Assembly: GCA_951813565.1 (NCBI GenBank)
Contig: OX638351.1
Location: 5,362,983 to 5,426,982, forward strand
Direction of reading: 5' to 3'
DNA length: 64,000 nt
Source of the DNA: an uncultured Poribacteria bacterium
GTDB lineage: Bacteria > Poribacteria > WGA-4E > WGA-3G
Shown here: piece after piece, positions 10,401-20,190 of the stretch
Layout: every line of letters begins with the position of its first letter
Position numbering within the stretch: position 1 is the stretch's first letter
The notes under the pieces: generated by a model
The model's input: the letters and a program-made list of their open reading frames with translations, nothing else
Told to the model about the DNA's origin: nothing
The model's database searches: none
Program-made: the position numbers and the translations under genes

Positions 10401-11607
10401 TCCAATGTGCCCAATCTCTGGGGAGAGGACCGAAGGGAACGGTTCGTGTATCCTCAAAGCTGCCATCCTTCGCCCAACCGGGGCCCACCCGGTTTTCCCA
10501 CAGCAGTTTGCCCTCAATAGATGGAGAACTCTGATGCCATCCGTTAAAGGCAACATCGGCGTAGTCAATCAGTCCATCTATCCAACCTGCGGAGTAGCGT
10601 AACAGGTCTGTGTCGAACACCACTGCACCGCTTGTGAGATCCGGCGTGAGTGGTATAACAATGCCTTTGTAGGTAAGGTTATTGGGATTCGCTGCGACAG
10701 CTGTGGAGAGGAATGGACCGTAGTCCATATCCCGCCATGGCTGTCCGGTTTTAACACGCCAACCGGGTGGATATCGGCGCGAGGCTTCGCGTTCGAGGCA
10801 CCAGTAGATACCGTTGACAATGAGGCGACGAAAGTCGCTCACCGTGAAGTCCTCCGGGTGCCCCATCGTGGTTGTGAAGACACGTCCGCCGCCGGAGTGA
10901 GTGTGCGTCCATGCGATCGGATTGACCGTCTCCGCATCGCCGCGCTCTCCTTCGGGAAATACAGGGCGCCCCTGTACTAAGATCTGAGCATCTTTAGGTG
11001 GATAGTCGGGTCGCACATGGTAGGTCCAGGACCGGACGTGGAACTGAGGAGCTACTCCTGTAAGAATTGAGTGCTTGCCGACGGTTGTTGCATCGGTGCT
11101 TGCCCCATGTCCGTAGTGGTAAATCCACGGTGCACCGAGTTCGCGGGCACCGAAATTGTTCCACCGCGTAGCACGCTGATCCTCTTCTTCGTAGGCGAAG
11201 GCGTGCGTGGTTGTGCGGAAGGCAACTATGGGACCACCGCGATCGATGTATTTTTGTAACAGGGCAAGTTGGTCATCTGGGAGTTGACGGAATCGTAGAT
11301 ACATTATGAGGAGGTCTGCAGTTTCGAGTGCTTCAAGTCCGTTGATACTGTTATCCTCGCCTCCCTCGAGTTCGTTATCAATGAGAACTGTGGTGCGGAA
11401 ACCGTAATGGTCAGTCAACATCTGAGCCAACGCGGACATCGTTACTTCGGAACGATACTCATTTTCGCCTACAACGAAGACGAGATGGGGCTGCGCATGA
11501 CCAATGGATGCTAATATGCCAAGCACGAGCAGAATGTGCAGTAGATAAATTGGAATCCGCATCGCCCATTGGCCCGAGGCATTGCGTAGGTAGTTTGATT
11601 TTGACAA
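7489..11607 (-). CDS. Large secreted multidomain protein: ThuA-like + DUF6797-like + LamG + beta-propeller (PVC-superphylum type)
   Basis: Signal-peptide-like N-terminus; ThuA-like GENEYRSE...FTTTMGHPEDF; MDYGPFLS; LamG GHWRFDE...DGVWHHV...DDLHLYNRA; propeller WNGDVW/GLNQPLGL. The start may be ATG 11562. Confidence 0.7.
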   Translation of the reverse strand: MSKSNYLRNASGQWAMRIPIYLLHILLVLGILASIGHAQPHLVFVVGENEYRSEVTMSALAQMLTDHYGFRTTVLIDNELEGGEDNSINGLEALETADLLIMYLRFRQLPDDQLALLQKYIDRGGPIVAFRTTTHAFAYEEEDQRATRWNNFGARELGAPWIYHYGHGASTDATTVGKHSILTGVAPQFHVRSWTYHVRPDYPPKDAQILVQGRPVFPEGERGDAETVNPIAWTHTHSGGGRVFTTTMGHPEDFTVSDFRRLIVNGIYWCLEREASRRYPPGWRVKTGQPWRDMDYGPFLSTAVAANPNNLTYKGIVIPLTPDLTSGAVVFDTDLLRYSAGWIDGLIDYADVAFNGWHQSSPSIEGKLLWENRVGPGWAKDGSFEDTRTVPFGPLPRDWAHWKGLYLHDNSVILSYTVGTRSVLESPSLESGEKGLAFVRTLHLGPAASSTLVRIATIANGEASALPEFSRGTGVALCPPETELGAQGSLFAALIDAPEGTQWETVQDEIRVRFPPSEQAISAKILITPAIQDTLELNVWTQFVENSPPVEDLTKLIQGGPQRWSEKLTTTGHTDIQRKLRLETVKIDAGTTTMHLELDGYLPKVLSMDNLLPAPGGVGNADQYIAVLFPHSKTSESTPAQEQKGDSALIGHWRFDEDNGLHAISSTPEKSTIVLDGVQWKSGRRDNCLVFDGNAEARFDKNFTLDFDTTDLTFAVWIATEDDGTIFSEALEEPEWVPNGKTFFIRDGQLAFDVGWVGVVSSAAGDGKSVIDGVWHHVGLTWRHQTGAMKMFLDGEIVAEGVLKPEDELEDDVWRLGFTAENFPEESPRLEGKLDDLHLYNRAFSPDEMQALYQRFQEPPLIAATLVEPIEGAKWTVDSDRVYLHLSTDTTASVLTWDGSESQLSDFAQLAANDGLDPSQPFAIDKIDWPTQNPWESWLRFGGFDFFPGGNRAALSTWNGDVWTVTGLNDTLDTLVWQRIATGLNQPLGLKIVKQQIYVVGRDQITRLVDLNADGEIDFYENFNNDVYNSEHFHEPSMDLQTDEAGNFYYMKAARHALRAQHPHHGTLIRVSPGGEKSTVIAYGFRASNGLGISPGPTFYGTDQEGFWMPANRLNRITDHGKFYGNLWGWYPPDDPPNSYEPPLCWVAPFVDRSPAALVWIPIGTWGEMGDSLLSVSYGTGKVYAVLQHQIEETVQGALTELGVEFPTGVMRGRFHPINGDLYLAGMFGWSSNKQEDTGFYRIRMTGAPLRTPKSFRAVSDGLIINFYEPLAPKSAANPENWRVQSWEYRWSEGYGSPQLKRSGEEGRDMHPVQSATLSEDGKTVFLKIPSLTPTMQFHVDITGNFADGTPLNCYLHGTIHTLEDRHNRKTP

Positions 11608-11835
11608 ATTTTGTCCCTCACGGATAGATTGGGTTTGCTATGTTGTGTTTAAATTGTGTGTACTAATGTGAAGGGTTTTCTGTTAAATTCTGTTGAAAAA
11701 TGACCTCTTATAAAGCTGCTATCTGAAAATTTTTCAGTAGGAAAAGTATAATAGGTCTAAAGAAAAAAGTCAATAAAAATCAGACTGATAGCAGAAAACC
11801 GAAAACTAAATGACTATGACAGAAAATAGCGAATG

Positions 11836-11864
11836 TTGACAACTACAGAATTGTATTATATAAT
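11836..11864 (+). promoter_or_regulatory. Consensus sigma70 promoter of the WD40 gene
   Basis: TTGACA-17 nt-TATAAT, perfect consensus, followed by AGGGAG RBS. Confidence 0.8.
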
Positions 11865-11887
11865 TAGCAATAAGGGAGTAACTTCTG

Positions 11888-13858
11888 ATGAAAAAGCGAA
11901 TCCATTTGTGGCTTGTCACCTTTATAATCACATCTTGTCTATCAACGGCTTTCGGTGAAAATGAGCCTGTAACGCAGATTGGTCTACCCGAAGGTACGAT
12001 CGCTCGCCTTGGTAAAAGCGCGATTAGCAAAATAGCTTACTCTCCCGATGGCACTCGGCTGGCAGTGGGGAGTTCTATTGGTGTTTGGATTTACGATATA
12101 GAAACGGGCAAGGCATTGGATCTTTTCCCGATGTATGGTGTATCTTGCTTAGCGTTTAGTCCGGATGGGAAAACCCTCGTCAGTGGGAGTAGGCGGCATA
12201 ATCTTGTCTTATGGGATATGACAACCGGTAAACCGCTGCGCACCTTTATCAATGAATATCAGGTGGGTGTTTTTAGCGTAGCGTTCAGTCCAGATGGAAA
12301 AACGATTGTCAGTGGACATGCCGGGGGTTATCTTAGGTCGTGGGAAACAGCAACAGGCAAACATATCAGATTGCTCTCCGGTATGGGAGGTGAAGAGGGA
12401 GGTCGGTTGCCCTTCGAACATACGGGTACGGTTCATAACATAGCGTTTAGTCCGGATGGAAAGACACTCGCCAGTGCAGGCTACTATGGCAGGGGCACCG
12501 AAGTTCGTTTGTGGGAGACAGCAACGGGTAAGTATATACGACTCTTGGATAGTGTGGATGGCGAGGAGAATTCATACGACAGTGTGGCCTTCAGTCCGGA
12601 TGGAAAGACACTCGCAATTGGATTGGGAGCTGGAGGCATTGACTTACGGGATATGACAACAGGTGAAGGCGCCCAATACCTTAGAGGACCCGAAGGACGT
12701 TATATAAGGAAAGTTTTAGATTTAGCGTTCAGTCCAGATGGTAAGCTGCTTGCCAGTTGTGGTGAGGACAAAATTGTTGATTTATGGGATATGAAAACCA
12801 ACAAGCACATCCACACTTTTACTGGACATAAAGATGATGTCTTTAGTGTGGCGTTTAGTCCGGATGGAAAGAAGGTCGCGAGTAGCAGTAAAGAATCTGT
12901 CCGTTTGTGGAGGACGCAAGGAGAAGAACATCTACGTTCTGTCATCACACATACCGCTATTTTGGATGTGGCGTTTAGTCCAGATGGAAAGACCCTTGCC
13001 AGTGGGAATGAAGACAATACTGTCCGTTTATGGGACGCGAAAACCGGTAAGTCCATAACTACTCTTATCGGGCATAAGGGTAAGGTGATTGACGTGGCAT
13101 ATAGTTCAGATGGAAAAACCCTTGCCAGTTCGGGGGACGACGGTGTCCGTCTGTGGGATGCGAGAACAAGCGAACACCTACGCATACTCTCTGAATCTAA
13201 ACATTTACATGTAGCGTATAGTCCAGATGGAGAAACACTTTTTACGAAAAGTTGGGGTGCTTATCATTTATGGGACACAAGAACAAACGAACGCCTCCGC
13301 ACGTTCACTAAACTGAAACATTGGGTCGGTCCCATAGTGTTCAGTCAGGATGGGCAGCTGCTGGCACTGCTTAGGGATGAGGACAAAAACTATAGTGTGT
13401 GGGATATAAAAGCAAACGAACTTATATGTTCCCTTACTGTGCCGACAACTATAAGAAATCAGTGGGGCGCAGCATTCAGTCCGGATGGTAACATGCTCGC
13501 AACAGGTATGGTAGATAAAACGCCCATAGGAAAAAGGGATGATGTTGTATGGCTGTGGGACATAACTATAGGTGAACATATCCGCACCCTCACCGGACAT
13601 CTTAGTATAATTACATGCTTGGCGTTTAGTCCGGATAGGCAGCTGCTTGCCAGTGGCAGTGAGGACGAGACTGTTCTTTTATGGGATTTGAAAACTGGCG
13701 ATCACCCGCGTATTCTCATTGGACACAATGATAGGGTTTTGGGTGTGGCGTTTGGTCCGGATGGGAAGACACTTGTCAGTAGGTGTAAAGATGGTACAGT
13801 GCTACTTTGGGATTTGGAAAAAGTTATCACCAATACGGAAGATAACAAGCGAAATTAG
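11888..13858 (+). CDS. Secreted WD40 repeat protein
   Basis: Signal peptide, GLPEGTIARLG motif and about 14 GH...VAFSPDGKTLASG...LWD repeats. Confidence 0.92.
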   Translation: MKKRIHLWLVTFIITSCLSTAFGENEPVTQIGLPEGTIARLGKSAISKIAYSPDGTRLAVGSSIGVWIYDIETGKALDLFPMYGVSCLAFSPDGKTLVSGSRRHNLVLWDMTTGKPLRTFINEYQVGVFSVAFSPDGKTIVSGHAGGYLRSWETATGKHIRLLSGMGGEEGGRLPFEHTGTVHNIAFSPDGKTLASAGYYGRGTEVRLWETATGKYIRLLDSVDGEENSYDSVAFSPDGKTLAIGLGAGGIDLRDMTTGEGAQYLRGPEGRYIRKVLDLAFSPDGKLLASCGEDKIVDLWDMKTNKHIHTFTGHKDDVFSVAFSPDGKKVASSSKESVRLWRTQGEEHLRSVITHTAILDVAFSPDGKTLASGNEDNTVRLWDAKTGKSITTLIGHKGKVIDVAYSSDGKTLASSGDDGVRLWDARTSEHLRILSESKHLHVAYSPDGETLFTKSWGAYHLWDTRTNERLRTFTKLKHWVGPIVFSQDGQLLALLRDEDKNYSVWDIKANELICSLTVPTTIRNQWGAAFSPDGNMLATGMVDKTPIGKRDDVVWLWDITIGEHIRTLTGHLSIITCLAFSPDRQLLASGSEDETVLLWDLKTGDHPRILIGHNDRVLGVAFGPDGKTLVSRCKDGTVLLWDLEKVITNTEDNKRN

Positions 13859-13860
13859 AT

Positions 13861-13998
13861 GTGCGGTTATCAACACCGCTAAATGCCTTATGTGCATTTG
13901 GCGTTGATTTGAACTTTACAGTTTGGGTCTCACAAAACGGACCTAGAAAACTCTCCTACAAGAGAAATTCAGCAATTTTCTTCTTAAGTTGACACCTA
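13861..13998. repeat. Partial MITE/REP composite with a micro-element (13877-13911) and right end CTTAAGTTGACACCTA
   Basis: 13953-13997 is approximately the reverse complement of 52651-52693. Confidence 0.65.
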
Positions 13999-14131
13999 AA
14001 GTTTCAATCTACTCTACACGTGATTTATACATAAACCGATATGATAATTTCTCACATAGAAATGGTATAATACCACGATTTTAAACTAAAAGTTAATTAT
14101 TGTGTTTTAGGCTTCACATTTTGAGAAGGTT

Positions 14132-15217
14132 TTGAATATCCGACAATCTTATATTACGTTATTCAAGAGTCTGATTCTTCAGATACGACAACTGAGCCGT
14201 AACCTTTTGCCGTCGCTGCTTGCTATCTGCGGCTTTTTTCTTTTATGCGGGATTGTGTTGATCGTGAGAGAACAGAACCCATGGGAATTTTATGCGACAA
14301 TCTTTATCAGTGGGTTCTCCAGTTTTGATGAAGTCGGCAGTGTGTTGTTTAATTCAACACCTCTTATTTTCACGGGACTTGCCGTTGCTATTGCCTATAA
14401 AGGTGGACTGTTTAATATTGGTTGCGAAGGACAACTCTATGTTGCTGCGTTTGCAGCTACGTGGGTAGGAATGCATCTGAACCTTCCTTCTGTTATGTTA
14501 GTGCCTCTCTGCATAGGTGCTGCAATGATTGCGGGGAGTATCTGGGGAGCGGTTCCTGGTTACTTAAAAGCGAAATTCGGGGCGCACGAAGTTATCAACA
14601 CAATTATGATGAACTTCATTGCGTTTGCCCTAACAAATTTCCTTGTTACGTCTGTTTATAGAGAGCCTGGACAGATGATTCCACAAACACCTCAGATCCA
14701 TGAAGGGGCACGTTTACCGCGTTTAGCAGGCGTGTTACTTTTCCTACCACAGAGCAATCTTTTAAACGCCAGTTTCTTGCTTGCATGTGCTTGCGTTGTT
14801 ATCTGTTACATCTTTTTAAAGTATACTCGGTGGGGATATGAACTCCGCTTAGTAGGGAACGCACCAGAAGTTGCTGAATATGGAGGGATAAACCCTCGTA
14901 TAGTGATTGTGTGGGTAATGGCACTCAGTGGCGCTATCGCTGGGTTATCGGGTGTCGCTGATGTAATGGGATATCGGTACAGGTACTTAGATAGTTTCTC
15001 ATCTGGCTGGGGCTTCACTGGAATTGCTGTTGCGCTTTTGGGTAGAAATCACCCGTTTGGTGTTTTTGCAGCAGCACTGTTATTTGGTTTACTAAATAAG
15101 GTTGCTTTGGATATTGAACTCACCTTAGAAGTGCCGCGCGGTCTATTCCTTGCTGGTCAGGGATTACTCATTATCGGGTTGGTCTGTATGGAAGGTATTT
15201 CAAAAAGAAATAAATGA
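14132..15217 (+). CDS. Nucleoside/simple-sugar ABC transporter permease
   Basis: TPLIFTGLAVA, GLFNIGCEGQ, HEVINTIMMNF and GFTGIAVALLG. Confidence 0.9.
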   Translation: MNIRQSYITLFKSLILQIRQLSRNLLPSLLAICGFFLLCGIVLIVREQNPWEFYATIFISGFSSFDEVGSVLFNSTPLIFTGLAVAIAYKGGLFNIGCEGQLYVAAFAATWVGMHLNLPSVMLVPLCIGAAMIAGSIWGAVPGYLKAKFGAHEVINTIMMNFIAFALTNFLVTSVYREPGQMIPQTPQIHEGARLPRLAGVLLFLPQSNLLNASFLLACACVVICYIFLKYTRWGYELRLVGNAPEVAEYGGINPRIVIVWVMALSGAIAGLSGVADVMGYRYRYLDSFSSGWGFTGIAVALLGRNHPFGVFAAALLFGLLNKVALDIELTLEVPRGLFLAGQGLLIIGLVCMEGISKRNK

Positions 15218-16059
15218 TGATTTTTGACTTAATTCCAAGCACATTACGGATGACAACACCGCTTGGTTTTGCTGCGCTCGGTGGAATTTACTCTGAACGT
15301 TCTGGAGTAATTAATATCGCTTTAGAAGGGATGATGCTGATCGGAGCGTATGGTTATGTGGTTGGTGCACATGCATCAGGTTCCGCATGGGTTGGATTAT
15401 CTGTTGGCATTTGTTTAGGAATTGTCTTATCAATTTTGCATGCTGTTGCCACAATTACTTTTCACGCTGAGCAAATTGTCACAGGTATTGCGATTAACAT
15501 TCTGGCATTAGGTATTACAAAGTATCTCGTACCAACCACAGAATGGGTGCCGGGATTACCTCAGTTGACGCTGCCACTTATTGGCTCTTATAGCATTCTT
15601 GTATATCTGGTGCCTATATTGATGGTATCAAACCATATTTTGCTTTTCAAAACACCATGGGGTTTGCGGTTGCGTGCTGCGGGCGAATCTACTGAAGCGC
15701 TTAAAACGCTCAGCTTAAGTCGCGCAAAGTGGCAATATCTTGGTGTAATTTTGAGCGGCGTCTTTGCAGGAGTTGGTGGATGTTTTCTCATATCCGATGT
15801 GCATTATTTTACTGAAGGTATTATTGGTGGACGAGGATATGTTGCACTTGCAGCAGTTATCTTCGGAAATTGGCGTCCCCTCTATGGTGTTGCTGCATGC
15901 CTACTCTTCGGATTCGCTGACTCTTTAGGGCTTTCAAGTCAATGGCAAATTCCCGATCAACTTTTAAAAAGCTTCCCGTATATATTAACAATGATTATAC
16001 TCGCTGGACTTGTCGGTAGATCGCGTCCCCCAGCAGCTTTGGGCAAGATGGAATCCTAA
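15214..16059 (+). CDS. Nucleoside/simple-sugar ABC transporter permease (second subunit)
   Basis: SERSGVINIALEG, GLRLRAAGE, GRGYVALAAVIFGNW and PAALG. Confidence 0.9.
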   Translation: MMIFDLIPSTLRMTTPLGFAALGGIYSERSGVINIALEGMMLIGAYGYVVGAHASGSAWVGLSVGICLGIVLSILHAVATITFHAEQIVTGIAINILALGITKYLVPTTEWVPGLPQLTLPLIGSYSILVYLVPILMVSNHILLFKTPWGLRLRAAGESTEALKTLSLSRAKWQYLGVILSGVFAGVGGCFLISDVHYFTEGIIGGRGYVALAAVIFGNWRPLYGVAACLLFGFADSLGLSSQWQIPDQLLKSFPYILTMIILAGLVGRSRPPAALGKMES

Positions 16060-16078
16060 ACGATTTGTTGTGAAACTC

Positions 16079-18454
16079 CTAACTTCCTTCATCTGTCAGT
16101 TCATAATAACCGGCATGTCTGTTATAGTATCCATAAGATTTGGCGTGTTTTGGATTTATCATGTTACAAAGCACCCCGATACCCTTCGCTGGTAATACCT
16201 CCTTAAGATGTTTTATCCCTGTCAATACATCAAACCGTTTGGTTTTCGTTATGTCAAACACATAAACGACAGCATCAACGACAGTTGCTAAGATAACTGG
16301 GTCCGCGACTGCACGTACAGGTGGGGAATCAATTACTATAACATCATACTCATTTTTTGCCAGTTCCAACCATTGGGTCATCATATCTGAATTTAATAAC
16401 TCAATCGGATTCGGTGGGACTGTTCCACCCGGCACGAGATGTAAATTGGGAATACCGGTTTGCCTGACTGTCGACTGAAGAACATCATAAGCGTTTTCGG
16501 CATTAAGACGAATAAGTGCTTCGCTCAATCCGGGTTTACGCGGGTCACTGTGCGTAACTACTGAAAGATTGTCAAGCGTCTCAACCTCACCTTGGGACGT
16601 TATCTGGAGTAGTTGTTCTGTGGGGAAAAATGTGTGTTGCGACGGTCTACGCATATCTGCATCTATTAACAGGACTTTGTTTCCTTTCTGCGCGAGTGTA
16701 GCTGCGAGATTAGAAGAAACGGTACTTTTCCCTTCTCCGCGGGTGGAACTTGTGACAAGTACAGTTTTCAGCGCGCTGCTAAGGTTAAGAAACGGTAGTT
16801 TGGCTACAAGCACTCTAAATGCTTCCGCTGTTCTGGAGTTAGGTGCATCATTTACTATGAGCGGAATACGGTAAGCACTCCGTTTTTTCATAGATGGAAT
16901 TACACCAAGAAAACTTGGGGGTTCAGGCAGCGAATCTAATTGACGGACAGAATCCTCTAATCGTAAATAGGTGTCTTTAAAATAATTTTTGGCAACTGCA
17001 AACGTAAATCCGAGTAGACAACCAAGCATACCACCTAAAGCGAGATTTAGTTTCATGCGCGGTTTGATAGGCTCTTCTGAAAGGCGGGCATGATCTAGGA
17101 CCTGAAGACTATCTGTGCGCGCTTCAGCGACAATTTGTGACTCCCGTATTTTCGCCTCTAAAGCAACGACCTGTGCTGTGTAAATTTCAACATCGCGCTT
17201 AAAACGAAACATCTTCAACTGTTCATCTGACCAACCCCCAAGCTTTTTGATTTCTTGCTTGATTTTGGCAGAAACCTCTACTTTTTGCTTCTCAAGACTC
17301 TTAATAGCAGCTTGTGCCTCATTGACCTTTTCAGAAACCACTTGGTGTAACGGGTTAAAAGAGGATGTTGTACTGATAATTTCTTTTTCCTCTGTGGTAA
17401 GACGTGCTTTTGTTTCTTTTATTTTCTCATCAAGAGAGGTAATTTCAGGATGGGTTACATCCCCGTATTTTCCGATAAGCGCCTTTCGTTCAATTTCATA
17501 TTCGTTCAAGTTGTCATTCAGTTTGGAATATGAAGGGTTTTTTGTTCTCGTTTCTGATATAAGATTTTCTTCTATTTTACTAAGTTCATCCTCATAAGCT
17601 ATAAGCCTTAATTCAGCATCAACCAATTGACTCGTCAATTGATTTTCATTCAACTGTAGTGAGACAATAAGTTGCGCTTGTGTTCCTCCTTCTGTATTTA
17701 AGGTTAACTCAGGATTTGCTTGCTGAAAATCAAAGAGCTGCTTCTCCGAATTTTTTAAGTTCTGTTTTGCTTCCTCCAACATTGCTTGTGGAAGTGGTTT
17801 TTCCCACCATCGCATATTTTCCGTTTTCTCTGCATCAACAACTTGGATGAGTACAACGGCAATTCTGTTACACAAGAGCTGCGCAGACTCTGGGTTCTGT
17901 TGTTTCACAGTAAGGGTAATAACGTTGCCATCCTGAGACTCTTCAACCTTTAACTTTTCATCAATAAGCGTTTTGATGAAATAGTCTTTCCACTCAATAT
18001 CAGTGAGTTCACCTTGTTCAGTAACGGTTGGATCTAATTCAATATTCAGAAGATTCGCCAACCACTTCACTGTGTCACCTCGGTGAATAGGTTGTGGTTT
18101 CAACAGTTCTTCATCTATAAGTTGACTGACTGTTGGGGCAATCACTAAGTCGCGGGACTGCATCAGGGTCGCGTAAGTCCCTAAAGATGCGCCTTTGAGG
18201 AATCCCGACAGTGGAAATTGTGAGAGTAATGAAGAGGCGGATTGGTCATCAAGGATACGAAGTGTTGTTTCGGATTGATAAACTGGGGACGTGAAATCGG
18301 TTACGAGGAATGCGCCAAAAACACAAAGTAAAAAGATGGTAAGAACACTCCATTTATTCCGGAAAAGTATCCAAAAATAGTCTGATAATCGAATTTCTGT
18401 AATTTGTTCAAGTTGTCGATCAGTTGTATCTGGCATATTTAACCTCATGCTCAT
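16079..18454 (-). CDS. Polysaccharide co-polymerase / BY tyrosine kinase (Wzc/GumC-CapB)
   Basis: Two TM segments and coiled coil; Walker A GEGKST, LIDADMRRP, VIDSPP and a C-terminal tyrosine cluster YGYY...GYY. Confidence 0.9.
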   Translation of the reverse strand: MSMRLNMPDTTDRQLEQITEIRLSDYFWILFRNKWSVLTIFLLCVFGAFLVTDFTSPVYQSETTLRILDDQSASSLLSQFPLSGFLKGASLGTYATLMQSRDLVIAPTVSQLIDEELLKPQPIHRGDTVKWLANLLNIELDPTVTEQGELTDIEWKDYFIKTLIDEKLKVEESQDGNVITLTVKQQNPESAQLLCNRIAVVLIQVVDAEKTENMRWWEKPLPQAMLEEAKQNLKNSEKQLFDFQQANPELTLNTEGGTQAQLIVSLQLNENQLTSQLVDAELRLIAYEDELSKIEENLISETRTKNPSYSKLNDNLNEYEIERKALIGKYGDVTHPEITSLDEKIKETKARLTTEEKEIISTTSSFNPLHQVVSEKVNEAQAAIKSLEKQKVEVSAKIKQEIKKLGGWSDEQLKMFRFKRDVEIYTAQVVALEAKIRESQIVAEARTDSLQVLDHARLSEEPIKPRMKLNLALGGMLGCLLGFTFAVAKNYFKDTYLRLEDSVRQLDSLPEPPSFLGVIPSMKKRSAYRIPLIVNDAPNSRTAEAFRVLVAKLPFLNLSSALKTVLVTSSTRGEGKSTVSSNLAATLAQKGNKVLLIDADMRRPSQHTFFPTEQLLQITSQGEVETLDNLSVVTHSDPRKPGLSEALIRLNAENAYDVLQSTVRQTGIPNLHLVPGGTVPPNPIELLNSDMMTQWLELAKNEYDVIVIDSPPVRAVADPVILATVVDAVVYVFDITKTKRFDVLTGIKHLKEVLPAKGIGVLCNMINPKHAKSYGYYNRHAGYYELTDEGS

Positions 18455-18544
18455 TTTCGCGAACGCTCGCTGTACATAAAAAGAGATAGCAAGGTAAAAA
18501 TAAAAGGGATGTCTTCCGCTATTTTCTTCCTTAGTCTTAGATTT

Positions 18545-19726
18545 TTACCTGTATCTGAGCCAAACATTCACGACCAAGCTTGTCAGCGAAGCAGCAAAAC
18601 TCAAAACTCGCCAATCAATTCGTGTCCGTTCCAAAATTCGGAGTTGATCATTTGGGTAAAGATAAACTTCTGACTGAACCAAATTAAAGTTAAGTTCTTC
18701 TTGTGTTCCATTTGCCCGTGTAAGGATACATTTTTTGGTGTTGGCTTTTTCCTCGTTTAACCCGCCTGCCATTGCCACAGCATCTCTTAAAAGTGTTGGT
18801 TCAGTAATTACATATTGAGCAGGCTTATCGACAGCTCCGACAACGCTAATTTTTGCTTCAGCCAAAGGAACAAATAAAACATCCCCTGGTTTCAACATTG
18901 CGCTAACATTTTCCGAAGTGAGATCAACAGGCGTATTTTCGGTACCGGTAATAATTTCCGCGTTTTTTAAATCTGCGAAGTCTGCTCTGGAGCCTCCTGC
19001 AAGTTTCAACGCATGGTTTGCAGGAATCTGTTCATTCGTTATCGGGAAGAGGCCAGGCGAAACCACAGCACCTATTACACGAATCCGTCGCTGTTCATAA
19101 ATAGAAGGAATAATGACAATATCATAATCTCTTAAGGGAATATCAACACTATCTGATTCAATGTGTTCTTTAAAATTAATCGTTTTGAATGTCTTGCCAT
19201 CGCGCCATACGGTAATTTTGGTGAGATCAGCCAATTCATAGTTGATTCCTGCCGCTGCCAAAGCATGCATTAAATAAACCTGTCCGGTTTCAAAAATATG
19301 CATGTTTCCTCTTGGTCTCTGATCGACTGCTCCGAAGACCAGAATGTGTCGTTTGGGTTGCATTAATGTGACAAACACACGGGCACTCGGAAGTTTCTTT
19401 GCAAAGGCCTGCTGCATCTGCACCTGAAGTTCAGAAACCGTTAAACCTGTTACCTTAATAAGTCCAATGAGTGGATAGGAGATATAGCCATCCGATTGAA
19501 CAGGAACTGAGACACGGTCTTTGGTATATTCAGGGTACCCGTCAACAGTAACAACAATACTGTCCCCAACTTGCAATTTATAGGTAGATGTTTCTGGGGT
19601 TATTTCGCTATTTGTAGAATTATACTCGGCTGGAGATTCTTCAGCAAAAATTTCTGTGGAAAAACTGACTTGTCCCAATATTATCAAAAGAAAAAATAGA
19701 AAATGTAAGCGTAAAAACGTGTTCAT
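18545..19726 (-). CDS. Polysaccharide export protein (Wza-like, Poly_export + SLBB domains)
   Basis: YKLQVGD, DGYISYPLIG and repeated V-x-GAV-x-x-PG / A-x-AGG SLBB motifs; lies upstream of the wzc-like gene. Confidence 0.85.
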   Translation of the reverse strand: MNTFLRLHFLFFLLIILGQVSFSTEIFAEESPAEYNSTNSEITPETSTYKLQVGDSIVVTVDGYPEYTKDRVSVPVQSDGYISYPLIGLIKVTGLTVSELQVQMQQAFAKKLPSARVFVTLMQPKRHILVFGAVDQRPRGNMHIFETGQVYLMHALAAAGINYELADLTKITVWRDGKTFKTINFKEHIESDSVDIPLRDYDIVIIPSIYEQRRIRVIGAVVSPGLFPITNEQIPANHALKLAGGSRADFADLKNAEIITGTENTPVDLTSENVSAMLKPGDVLFVPLAEAKISVVGAVDKPAQYVITEPTLLRDAVAMAGGLNEEKANTKKCILTRANGTQEELNFNLVQSEVYLYPNDQLRILERTRIDWRVLSFAASLTSLVVNVWLRYR

Positions 19727-20190
19727 CAAATTTACATCGACCTTTTCGGTTGTGTGCTTAGAACACACCTTGAAAAACTATCACGAATGTTTTCAGAGAT
19801 AGGTTTTTTTCTAAAGTACTAAGGATGTATCTCGTAAATTGCCATCTTTAGTATATTTTGTAAATGTTATGTGTTTACATATTTTGAAGTAATTTTCTAA
19901 GGTATTTTAGCAGGAATATGGCAAAAACACAAGTGAAAATAGGTGAACGACTAATACAAACAACCTTGATTAAACCTCAATTGATAAAATAGTTGAGATT
20001 TATAATACCTTGTTTTGAAATTGGTTCTAACAAACTTTTTCTTATAAAAAAATGGCATTTCATTAAACTTCGATCATCTTGTTTGTTGTAATCCGTTTTG
20101 TTTTTCTTCAAGAAATTTCGGAAATTGCAAACAAAACTTAAGTAAGAATGTTTGTTGCTTTAACCTACTAAGTTATGCTAATATAATCGT

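Noticed and set aside
11888..13858. Diversity-generating retroelement TR/VR pair among the WD40 repeats
   Set aside because: Differences between repeats are not adenine-specific and there is no reverse transcriptase in the window.
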